Positions 40,682 through 49,572 of a stretch of DNA of 64,000 nucleotides are shown piece by piece. Each line of letters begins with the position of its first letter. The first letter of the stretch is position 1. The notes under the pieces are model-generated. The model did not search any database. It saw nothing but the letters and a program-made list of their open reading frames with translations, and had not been told where the DNA came from. The DNA is from Meyerozyma guilliermondii (Eukaryota). The translations under genes and the position numbers were made by a program. The stretch covers positions 248,001 through 312,000 of the forward strand of contig CP128815.1 in NCBI GenBank assembly GCA_051546255.1, written 5' to 3'.

Positions 40682-41713
40682 CTAGTGGAGACCATGGGCA
40701 TGGTCTTGCTCCTCGACGTTGGGGTCGATGTTGGGGTCCACGGGTGGGTTTGCCTGATGATGCATGGACACATCAGGTGTGGCCGCCATAGCTGCGATGA
40801 CGGCAGCGTCATTTACCGATGGGGTATGGCCATCGTGAAGCTGGGGGTGCTGCAGAAGGTGCGAGTGCACTGGGAGCAGCACCATATCGTGGCCGTAGGC
40901 CGAAGGGTCGCGGTGCAATGGTTTTTGGACCAAAGTACGAGTGAATTTCAGGCGCTTCTTCTTGGACGACGAAGGTTCCGGAGGATGGTTGTGGGTAGGA
41001 TTGATCATCCGCAACACCCACATCTCGCCGGTATCGGCACTGGTAATGCCAGAATAGTCGTTGAGCTTATCGTCAATCGAGCCATCTTCGCCCTTTTTGA
41101 TGCGCTTCTTGTCCTTTTCTTGCGGATACAAGTTGGCGACCAATCTGTACGCACACTTGTTCCGCTTGGTATATGCCACTCTCTGTCTCTTGCTAGCATC
41201 CTTGACGGTGGTCCGGAATGATCCAGACCGCTCACACTGGAAGTACACCGCCTTGGGTTTCGACGAGTTGATGACAATCTTACATTGCTCCGAATCGTTG
41301 AGCACATTTTTCACGTACTTGACGAGCTCGGCCTTGCTTGGAAACGTCTTGATGATCTCGTTCTCGATATAACGACTCTGGAGCACTCCATCTTGGCTGG
41401 GACCGGCTGTCTCGAATTCTCCGCCCAATTGCTGGAGAGTATGGAGCTGTTGTAACTGACCAGGGTGCTGGCCATGGTGGGCTACCTGCGCATGACCAAC
41501 GTGCGCGTGGTGCTGTTGCTGTTGCTGTTGTTGCTGCTGTTGTTGTTGTTGTTGTTGTTGTAGAACTGGATACGGATTGTAGTGTCCATGTTCATCGCCC
41601 AACATTCCGGCGTTCGAGGCCAGGACCGCGGCGGCGGCGGTAGCTGCGGCGCTCAGGTAGTCGGGACGAGAACCTGCGGTGGTACGTTCATTAGAAGTCG
41701 AAGGGGCCAGCAT
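40682..41713 (-). CDS. RBF1: RPG-box-binding transcription factor Rbf1 (WRKY/AFT/FAR1-like CCHH domain, polyQ)
   Basis: CKIVINSSKPKAVYFQCERSGSFRTTVKD...TKRNKCAYRL...WVLRMINPTHNH matches my recall of Candida Rbf1. Confidence 0.85.
   Translation of the reverse strand: MLAPSTSNERTTAGSRPDYLSAAATAAAAVLASNAGMLGDEHGHYNPYPVLQQQQQQQQQQQQQQQQHHAHVGHAQVAHHGQHPGQLQQLHTLQQLGGEFETAGPSQDGVLQSRYIENEIIKTFPSKAELVKYVKNVLNDSEQCKIVINSSKPKAVYFQCERSGSFRTTVKDASKRQRVAYTKRNKCAYRLVANLYPQEKDKKRIKKGEDGSIDDKLNDYSGITSADTGEMWVLRMINPTHNHPPEPSSSKKKRLKFTRTLVQKPLHRDPSAYGHDMVLLPVHSHLLQHPQLHDGHTPSVNDAAVIAAMAATPDVSMHHQANPPVDPNIDPNVEEQDHAHGLH
41513..41560 (-). repeat. CAA/CAG microsatellite encoding Q16 in RBF1
   Basis: 48 nt of ttg/ctg triplets on the plus strand. 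Confidence 0.95.
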
Positions 41714-41984
41714 GGTGGGGTCCTGTGTGTATGGCTTCCTGCACTGGTGTTGTATAGTTGTGCAGGAGATATGGTCGACAACAACGGGGGGGTTGGGATT
41801 CGCGGGAGGAAAAGTACACGGGACGAAAAGTACGCGGGCAGGAGCACCAAAGGCCATAGCGCGCTGCTGCCGTATGCAGTATACTTGCCTCGTCTGCTCT
41901 GCTCCTTCTCTGCAGTCTCTTACCCCAGCTGTGCGAACCTACTCTCTGCTTCTAACTCCTACTGGCAGCTTCTCTAATTTTGGC

Positions 41985-43139
41985 ATGTCTTCCACGGCGC
42001 TCCGTGCCCTACAGCAGCAACATTCTGACACAGAAATACACTGGTATGTTTCCTCCATCATTATTCCCGAGCTTCCCCACGTCGCTGAAGCTCTACAAAT
42101 ATGTTCCAATCTTCTCAAATATAACGCTCCTCTGGTGCCAGATCTGAGCCAGCACCAAGAACGTGGACCTCCCATCAAGCTTCCGGTGTCTTCTACGAAA
42201 CTGGAGGCCATAAAAGGAATTATGACCAGAGATGGTGACTATATTACCCAATTGGCAGTGCAATTGAAAGAGCCTCATTTCAACAAGGTATTAAATAAAC
42301 TTGTGCTTCGAAAACCAGTGGTGTTGAAACAGGTCTCTGCAGCAAGATCCGCTATAGATGCTGCCCACTCTGTCATAAACGACTCGTCGGCGTTTCTTTG
42401 TTCGCCTTGTTCTCCTCATCAAGCTGCGCACAACCATAGACAGCTCTCAGATACGTTCCGCAACCTCCTTTCCCACTTGGAAGTGGCAAGAAATAGTCTT
42501 CAAATCCCCAGCGACCCCGCCCTCATCTTTCCGCTCAATGTCACTCCTGCCACATCTTTTGAGCCAGAACTTACACCTAACATTGCCGTGGATCTCTACG
42601 TTACCAGAGCCGAAGTGTGCATTGATTTAAAGCACCTCCACATTGTCAAGGAAAAGCCATGGAGCGAAATCGATCCGAGGTCAGGAAAGTCCTACGTGGA
42701 CAATGTTCGTGACGAAATGAGGCTTCCGGCTTCCACTAAATCGACGGTATCAACGGCTCTGACTCCAATAGTGCCTTCGCAGCCATTGAATATGGCCGAT
42801 ATCGAACTGCGACTAAATGACATAAGTCACAATCATACTGGCGACAACTCGGTCAACGCGGCTGGTCGTCCGTCCACTCCAACGATTTTTGGAAATGTTC
42901 TACTGCATTTGCTGCTCAAGCATCGCTATGACCCTATAGACTACGTCACCAAGTGTGTCACCTATAACAACCTGGTGGTAATGATCAACAAGAAAATAGA
43001 AGTCTCCAGCCCCGACCCGGTGTTGGTGAGTGTTTTCACCAAACTTGATAGCATTGCCTACTTGGTTGGAACGTTTCTCGAAAACATCGATACTATAATG
43101 GCCTTAACGAAAAGTGAAAAAAGTGAAGTAACTGAATGA
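41985..43139 (+). CDS. RAV2: RAVE complex subunit 2 (Rogdi family)
   Basis: EIHW...IIPELP, IKLPVSS...KGIMTRDG, IEVSSPDPVLVSVFTKL. Confidence 0.82.
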   Translation: MSSTALRALQQQHSDTEIHWYVSSIIIPELPHVAEALQICSNLLKYNAPLVPDLSQHQERGPPIKLPVSSTKLEAIKGIMTRDGDYITQLAVQLKEPHFNKVLNKLVLRKPVVLKQVSAARSAIDAAHSVINDSSAFLCSPCSPHQAAHNHRQLSDTFRNLLSHLEVARNSLQIPSDPALIFPLNVTPATSFEPELTPNIAVDLYVTRAEVCIDLKHLHIVKEKPWSEIDPRSGKSYVDNVRDEMRLPASTKSTVSTALTPIVPSQPLNMADIELRLNDISHNHTGDNSVNAAGRPSTPTIFGNVLLHLLLKHRYDPIDYVTKCVTYNNLVVMINKKIEVSSPDPVLVSVFTKLDSIAYLVGTFLENIDTIMALTKSEKSEVTE

Positions 43140-43154
43140 GTCGCAGTCACACCA

Positions 43155-43223
43155 ACTCATAATCATACACGAACACTCATAATCATACACAAACACCCAC
43201 AATCATACACAAACACTCATAAT
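43155..43223. repeat. 20-bp minisatellite (ACTCATAATCATACACRAAC), about 3.5 copies
   Basis: Seen directly between the RAV2 stop and the STE23 start. Confidence 0.9.
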
Positions 43224-43314
43224 ACATACTTAACCCCATTCATCTCTCGTCTAATCTTCCCCATGTTTCGGTGTCCTGGTCTACCTCGCTAGTTATTTTG
43301 CCCGCAACAAGTTT

Positions 43315-46300
43315 ATGGTTCTAGCGAGGTACACAAAACCTATATTTTTGCTGGGAAAACGTATCTTATCTTCTGCCTCCATGCCTACACTCGCCAACTT
43401 CCGTGTACTTGCTGACACCACAACCATAGAAAAACCACTTCTAGACGACCGTTCATACCGTCTCATAAAGCTTCAAAATGACCTTCACGCGTTGGTAATT
43501 CATGACCCAACTACCGACAAGTCTGCTGCCTCACTCGATGTCAATGTAGGTGCCTTTGCAGACAGAAAATATGAGGTATCTGGCCTTGCTCATTTTTGTG
43601 AACATCTCTTGTTCATGGGCACAAAAAAATATCCTGAAGAAAATGAATATTCAAGCTATTTGGCAAAACATTCTGGCCACTCAAATGCCTATACTGCTGC
43701 TGAGCATACCAACTACTACTTCGAGGTGGGCTCAGGGCATTTTCTCGGCGCATTGGATCGGTTTGCTCAGTTCTTTATTGCACCTTTGTTCAGTAAATCG
43801 TGTAAAGATCGTGAGATCCGAGCAGTAGATTCAGAAAATAAGAAGAACTTGCAAAACGACATGTGGAGACTTTACCAGCTAGAAAAACTGACCAGCAATC
43901 CATCTCACCCATATTCTGGCTTCTCTACCGGAAATTTCCACACTTTACATGAAGAGCCAATAGCTCAAGGAAAGAACGTTAGAGATGTCTTAATCGACTT
44001 TCACCTGAACCAGTACTCCTCCAATTTGATGAGCTTGGTTGTGTTGGGTAAGGAAGACTTAGATACACTTTCTACTTGGGTTTCTGATCTTTACTCTGAT
44101 ATACCTAACAAGTCCCTCTCAAGACCAGATTATGAAGGCTCGGTTATATTTGCTCCTGAACAATTGGGCAAGCTTGTGCAAGCCAAGCCGATTATGGATA
44201 GCAACAAGTTGGAACTCAACTTTATGATACCTGACGATCAAGAAGAATACTGGGAGAGTAAGCCCTCGGGATACTTCTCGCACTTGTTGGGCCACGAAAG
44301 CTCCGGCTCGCTTTTGCATTATCTTAAAGAAAAGAGTTGGGTTAATGAACTTTCTGCTGGAAATATGAAGGTGTGCCAAGGAAGCTCTTTATTTATCATT
44401 GAGTTCGAATTGACTCCTGCTGGGTTGGACCATTGGCAAGACATTGTGGTCAATGTATTTGAGTATATCTCCATGGTCACTACTCAAGAACCGCAAAAGT
44501 GGTTATGGGAAGAAATCAAGTTGATGTCAGAAATTGACTTCAAATTCCGCCAAAAGAAAGGTGCTGCTTCAACGGTTTCGAAAATGAGTAGCAGCTTATA
44601 CAAATTTTGGGACAATTCATTCATACCACCCACTCATCTTTTGAGTTCTTCAATCAATCGCAAATTTGATCCAGAGGCTATAACCAAATTTGGCTCATAT
44701 CTTTTTCCAGAGAATGCCAGAATCACCTTGATTTCGAAAAAGTTGGAAGGACTCGACATGAAAGAAAAGTGGTACGGAACTGACTACTCCTTATCTACTA
44801 TAGACTCATCGTTGTTGGAGCGTGCCAAGCTGGCTGCGAAAAACGACAGATTCCATTTCCCACGTCCGAATCCTTTCATTCCCAAGAACTTTGATGTTGC
44901 AAATAAAAAGCTGGAGAAGCCATTGAAGCATCCTTTCTTAATATCAGATACCTCTAAATTCCAGGTTTGGTTCAAACAAGATGATCAGTTCTTAGTTCCC
45001 AAGGGTACAATTGAGATTCTCTTGCATTTGCCTGACACTAACACTGATTGCAAGTCATCGGTTTTTTCAATGTTAATGGCAGAACTTGTCGCTGATGAAT
45101 TGACTGATATTGTTTATTATGCTTCCTTGGTGGGCATGTCTTTCAAACTCAGCCACTGGAGAGATGGCTTGTTGGTCAAGGTTAGTGGGTACAACGACAA
45201 ATTACCTGTCTTGTTGGAAACGGTTCTTTCAAAGATCAAATCATTCGTTCCCAAAAAGGATCGATTTGAGACATTGAAATACAAGATGATTCAGGACTTG
45301 ACTAATTTCGGGTATAACGTCCCCTACATTCAAATTGGAACTCACATGTCAGTGATAATGAACGATAAAACGTACACTCATGAAGATAGAGTAAAAGTTT
45401 TGCAAAATAACGTTGATTTTGAGGGGTTCGGCTTGTTTTGTTCCAAGGTTTGGGAGCTGGGATTGTTCGGTGAAGCCCACATTCAGGGTAACTTCAGCTA
45501 TGAAAAGGCATGCGGAATCAGCTCGAGCATTGATTCCGAATTCAGGAACGTTAGAGCTATTGGAGCTTCGAAAAATGATATTGACAATGTCGTTAGGCTC
45601 CAGTCACACATACTCCAACCTGGTGAAACGGTAAGAGTCGAAATGGACTTGATGGATGAGAAGAATGTGAACTCTTGTATTGAGTATTACATTCAAATAG
45701 AGAACTCTTTGAGTGATATTCGGAAAAGAACCCTCACCGATTTGCTTGAGACGATCATGCACGAACCTTGTTTCAACCAACTCAGAACTAAGGAACAACT
45801 TGGTTATGTTGTATTCTCGGGTGTGCGTCTCTCACGCACGGCTATCGGTTTCAGGATCTTGATCCAGTCAGAGCGTCTGACCTCTTACTTGGAATACAGA
45901 ATCGAGGAATTTTTGAAACGTTTCTCGGTATATGTGAACGAGCTTACTGCCGAACAATTCGATGGTTTCAAGCAAGCCCTTAAGGATAAGAAGTTGACGA
46001 AGTTGAAGAATTTGAGCGAAGAAGTATCGCGTTTCTGGGAGGCGATAGCTGATGGATATTACGATTTTGAAGCCAAGGCTAAACATGCTGGTGAGCTAGA
46101 GAACATTACCCAAGAAGAATTTGTTGAATTCTTCAAAAGTCTAATTCATCCAGAGTCCAAGCTCGCAAGTAGAGCTGTACTCCACTTGAAATCTCAGAGA
46201 GTACCTCCTGTTGCTAAAGCAAAACTTGTTCAATGTGCGTTGAATAATTTCCTCTACAGTGAGGGCATCCAGGTGGAGTCCGAAAAGATTGAAGAGTTGT

Positions 46301-46566
46301 TGGAAGGCGAGAGTGATACCAGCAAGATTGCAGACAAGGTGCTGAAATACTTAGCCGAAAACTCATTGGTACAAACCCAAAACGCAGTGCTTGGAAAACT
46401 TGCACTGGTTCTTGAGAAAGCTGTTGACGAACCGCAACCCAGCATGTACCCCAGAGGGGAGCTACAAACTTTACAAAAGTACAGGTCCTCACATCCATTG
46501 GGTGGATTACCCACGCCTGTGGCTCCGCTCAAGGAGTTTTACTATCCCAGTTCGGAACATTTGTAG
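43315..46566 (+). CDS. STE23: Insulysin-family (M16A) metalloprotease
   Basis: Inverted zinc motif HFCEH (GLAHFCEHLLFMGTKKYP), NAYT, LRTKEQLGYVVFS. Confidence 0.95.
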   Translation: MVLARYTKPIFLLGKRILSSASMPTLANFRVLADTTTIEKPLLDDRSYRLIKLQNDLHALVIHDPTTDKSAASLDVNVGAFADRKYEVSGLAHFCEHLLFMGTKKYPEENEYSSYLAKHSGHSNAYTAAEHTNYYFEVGSGHFLGALDRFAQFFIAPLFSKSCKDREIRAVDSENKKNLQNDMWRLYQLEKLTSNPSHPYSGFSTGNFHTLHEEPIAQGKNVRDVLIDFHLNQYSSNLMSLVVLGKEDLDTLSTWVSDLYSDIPNKSLSRPDYEGSVIFAPEQLGKLVQAKPIMDSNKLELNFMIPDDQEEYWESKPSGYFSHLLGHESSGSLLHYLKEKSWVNELSAGNMKVCQGSSLFIIEFELTPAGLDHWQDIVVNVFEYISMVTTQEPQKWLWEEIKLMSEIDFKFRQKKGAASTVSKMSSSLYKFWDNSFIPPTHLLSSSINRKFDPEAITKFGSYLFPENARITLISKKLEGLDMKEKWYGTDYSLSTIDSSLLERAKLAAKNDRFHFPRPNPFIPKNFDVANKKLEKPLKHPFLISDTSKFQVWFKQDDQFLVPKGTIEILLHLPDTNTDCKSSVFSMLMAELVADELTDIVYYASLVGMSFKLSHWRDGLLVKVSGYNDKLPVLLETVLSKIKSFVPKKDRFETLKYKMIQDLTNFGYNVPYIQIGTHMSVIMNDKTYTHEDRVKVLQNNVDFEGFGLFCSKVWELGLFGEAHIQGNFSYEKACGISSSIDSEFRNVRAIGASKNDIDNVVRLQSHILQPGETVRVEMDLMDEKNVNSCIEYYIQIENSLSDIRKRTLTDLLETIMHEPCFNQLRTKEQLGYVVFSGVRLSRTAIGFRILIQSERLTSYLEYRIEEFLKRFSVYVNELTAEQFDGFKQALKDKKLTKLKNLSEEVSRFWEAIADGYYDFEAKAKHAGELENITQEEFVEFFKSLIHPESKLASRAVLHLKSQRVPPVAKAKLVQCALNNFLYSEGIQVESEKIEELLEGESDTSKIADKVLKYLAENSLVQTQNAVLGKLALVLEKAVDEPQPSMYPRGELQTLQKYRSSHPLGGLPTPVAPLKEFYYPSSEHL

Positions 46567-46666
46567 ATTAAAACTAGATTTAGAGCCATCAATATATTTG
46601 ATAGACTACTGATCGGTATGCAGTCCTATACCCAATTCTCAATCGTTTCACGGATCTCAAGTGTTC

Positions 46667-48481
46667 ATGACGTTGAATTTAGCAAAGGTACGAGACACGT
46701 ACTTTGACCAGCTTTTCTTCAAGAATAAGAAAGAAGGAGATGCAAACGATGTCCTGGCAAAAGTTCTATTGCTAGATCGTACTACAACTTCGGTAGTATC
46801 AATGTGCTACACGCAAACGCAACTTCTTCAGCAGGAAATTGTTTTGATTGAACTTTTGGAAAATCAAGACCAGCTTAGCTACATGAAACATATGAATTGT
46901 ATTGTATACATAAAGCCAACAGTGGCATCGATATCAGCATTGGCAAAGGAATTGAGAAATCCGCATTTCAAGAACTATCGCCTCTTCTTCAATAACATGG
47001 CCAACAAGTCACAGCTAGAGCAAATTGCCGAGGCCGACGACTATGAGCTGGTACAAAGAGTTGTGGAATTGTTCCAGGATTATTTGACGATTAATGACAA
47101 CTTGTTTACCTTGGACATTCCCCGTGATGTTGCGAATCCCTTCATAGAAGAGTCCAACTGTCTTATCAGTTTATTGCTCTCGCTCAAAAAGTGCCCAATC
47201 ATCAAATTCGACTCAAACTCATTATCCGCCAAAAAATTGAGCTCAGAACTTCTCTATGCCATAAACTCGAATTCTAACAATAATCTCTTTGAAGATCTTA
47301 ACAAGAAATCCGACCGACCACCCGTGCTTCTTCTATTGGACCGAAAGTGCGACCCTATTACACCTCTCCTTATGCCATGGACATATCAGTCGATGATTCA
47401 CGAAATAATAGGCATAGACAAGAATATCGTGCAGCTCAAACTGGCCAAAGAACCAATTACACTCTCCGATTCGCATGATGTTTTTTTCAAAGAGTCTATA
47501 TATCTCAATTATGGAGACTTGACAGATAAGTTTCAAAAATATGTGGAAGATTACAAGAAGCAAACCAAGCTGTCATCGATTGAGAATCTCAAGACGCAGA
47601 ATTTGGTCGAGTTGAAAAATATGCTAACCAAGTTTCCTCAATTTCGTAAATTGCTGAACAATATCTTGAAACACCTCAACATCATTAGCGAGATTGACAA
47701 TCATATATCAGCTCAAAACATGTGGGAAATAGGAGAACTTCAGCAAATTATTGCATCAAACTTGGAATCGCAAGCATCAATCAAGCCACGTTTGTTGTCT
47801 ATTCTTGAAACTTCTAGTTGCTCGACCACAAATAAAATTAAGTTGGTCTTGCTCTATATGGCAAGATTTCACGCATATTCTGACCTTGAGACGTTTATCT
47901 CCAGACTCGAGAATCCCGGCTTTACTTCCCCTCCACCTTCTGCGTCACAAATCTCTCTTATGAAGTCGTTTGGAAAGAGGTTTAACACAGGAGGATTATT
48001 CGAAACCTCATCACACAACACCAATAATATCAGCAACCTTTTCAACAAAAAGATCAGCATCAATCAGCTTTTCAATAGCTCCAATAATCGCACACAACCG
48101 GATAACGTATTCATGCAATACATACCTGTGCTCAATGATATCCTCAGCCCCATAATTCGACCCTCCAATCAAGCACATGAGACTGTTGCCAAGCTCTCGA
48201 CTTTGGTACCGGACGCAGTAAAAAACCAGTATGGCAATGTGAACTCCAATGAACCAGCGCAAGATATCATTGTTTATATCAAGGGAGGTGTTACATACGA
48301 AGAGGCAAGACTAGTCCACGAACTCAGTGCGTCCAATCCAAGTATCAATGTTCTTCTTGGTGGTGACAAAGTTCTTAACAGTAGTAGCTGGCTCCATGAC
48401 CTATATGATGCAACCAACGATGAGGAAGCTCACTTGGCAGAAAGGGCAGATAGGAAAGCCCAATTACGTGAACTTTTGTAA
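46667..48481 (+). CDS. VPS45: Sec1/Munc18-family vacuolar sorting protein
   Basis: KVLLLD, SMCYTQTQLL, LDRKCDPITPLLMPWTYQSMIHE, NYGDL, GGVTYEEAR. Confidence 0.93.
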   Translation: MTLNLAKVRDTYFDQLFFKNKKEGDANDVLAKVLLLDRTTTSVVSMCYTQTQLLQQEIVLIELLENQDQLSYMKHMNCIVYIKPTVASISALAKELRNPHFKNYRLFFNNMANKSQLEQIAEADDYELVQRVVELFQDYLTINDNLFTLDIPRDVANPFIEESNCLISLLLSLKKCPIIKFDSNSLSAKKLSSELLYAINSNSNNNLFEDLNKKSDRPPVLLLLDRKCDPITPLLMPWTYQSMIHEIIGIDKNIVQLKLAKEPITLSDSHDVFFKESIYLNYGDLTDKFQKYVEDYKKQTKLSSIENLKTQNLVELKNMLTKFPQFRKLLNNILKHLNIISEIDNHISAQNMWEIGELQQIIASNLESQASIKPRLLSILETSSCSTTNKIKLVLLYMARFHAYSDLETFISRLENPGFTSPPPSASQISLMKSFGKRFNTGGLFETSSHNTNNISNLFNKKISINQLFNSSNNRTQPDNVFMQYIPVLNDILSPIIRPSNQAHETVAKLSTLVPDAVKNQYGNVNSNEPAQDIIVYIKGGVTYEEARLVHELSASNPSINVLLGGDKVLNSSSWLHDLYDATNDEEAHLAERADRKAQLRELL

Positions 48482-48660
48482 AAATAGAAAATGTTGCGAA
48501 AATGTTCATTATGATATAGAACAATACCACGATAGTTGACGAGACCTAAGCTCCTTTCAAATGTAATCTTGCTATTCGCTCGTACAATATCTTTCAACTA
48601 CGCGGTAAAACTTGATAAAAGATTGAAAGCACTAACGGTCTATACATACCACTAAAAGGA

Positions 48661-49293
48661 TCAAATCGCCTCAAATACACGCTCAGCTTGCTTCCAATTG
48701 ATAACGTTCCATATAGCCTTAAAGTAATCCACTTTGACATTTTGATACTGTAAATAGTATGCATGTTCCCAAGCGTCAATTGCGATAAGTGGCACTAAAG
48801 GTGCAGCGACGGTGTCCTGATTTGCAGTGGTTACAACCTCCAAAATAGAGCCAAGCTCTGGGTTCTTTACAATGAAAGCCCAACCCGAACCTTGGATACT
48901 TGCCAATTTTGCATTGGTAATACTAATGAGATTCTCAAGCGAACCAAATTGGGCCGTAATTTGCTTACCAAGAGCAGACGTTTCGCTAGGTCTATCACCA
49001 CCCTCGCACGAAGGTGGCGATAACGTTCTCCAAAAGAGAACATGGTTGACATGGCCACCACCGAAAAATTTGATAGCATACTGTAACTCAACAACCTTAC
49101 TCACATCACCTTTGAGTTTAGCCTCGATCAACTGTTGAAAAGACTTATTGTAGCCATCCACATAGGCTTGGTGGTGCTTCTCATAGTGTATCCGGTTGAT
49201 TTCCCCCGAGATAAATGGCTCTAACTCGTCATATTTCCAAGCAAGTTTTGGCAAGGCTATTTTCTCACCCAACAGCTCAATTGAAGACAGCAT
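48661..49293 (-). CDS. SOD3: Cytosolic manganese superoxide dismutase (no mitochondrial presequence)
   Basis: KHHQAYV, GGGHVNH, QGSGW, NQD, DAWEHAYYLQY. The catalytic domain starts ~10 residues after Met, as in C. albicans Sod3. Confidence 0.9.
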   Translation of the reverse strand: MLSSIELLGEKIALPKLAWKYDELEPFISGEINRIHYEKHHQAYVDGYNKSFQQLIEAKLKGDVSKVVELQYAIKFFGGGHVNHVLFWRTLSPPSCEGGDRPSETSALGKQITAQFGSLENLISITNAKLASIQGSGWAFIVKNPELGSILEVVTTANQDTVAAPLVPLIAIDAWEHAYYLQYQNVKVDYFKAIWNVINWKQAERVFEAI

Positions 49294-49401
49294 AGTAAGT
49301 ATGTTGATAAGAGCTCCTGAATTGAACCTTTTCTGTTAAGAAGAAATACTTGAGCACGTTTAATGGGTCAAGCGGGATATACGTCCTTAAAAGGAAATAC
49401 A

Positions 49402-49441
49402 TAATTTGCTCGAAATGACTATAGTGGTTATAATTTGCTCA
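49402..49441. promoter_or_regulatory. Two Mac1-type copper-response elements (TAATTTGCTCG, TAATTTGCTCA)
   Basis: TTTGCTCG at 49405-49412 and TTTGCTCA at 49434-49441, both with A/T-rich 5' flanks, matching TTTGC(T/G)C(A/G). Confidence 0.75.
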
Positions 49442-49572
49442 TTGACATGCTGCGAATGCAGTGCGATATACGAAGAGCTATTTAAGCTCCTCTTCGGACC
49501 CGAGGACTTAAGGCAATACTATAAGATGCCCTCGTAAGATCGTAGCATATTGTAGCACAGAAAGTAACCATC

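Noticed and set aside
41679..41857. Apparent overlap of the RBF1 and RAV2 ORFs
   Set aside because: An artifact of maximal ORF extension; likely starts 41713 (minus) and 41985 (plus) give an ordinary divergent pair.
43155..43223. Repeat array as CRISPR or telomeric repeat
   Set aside because: No unique spacers, eukaryotic context, interstitial position, and no match to a telomere template that I recognise.
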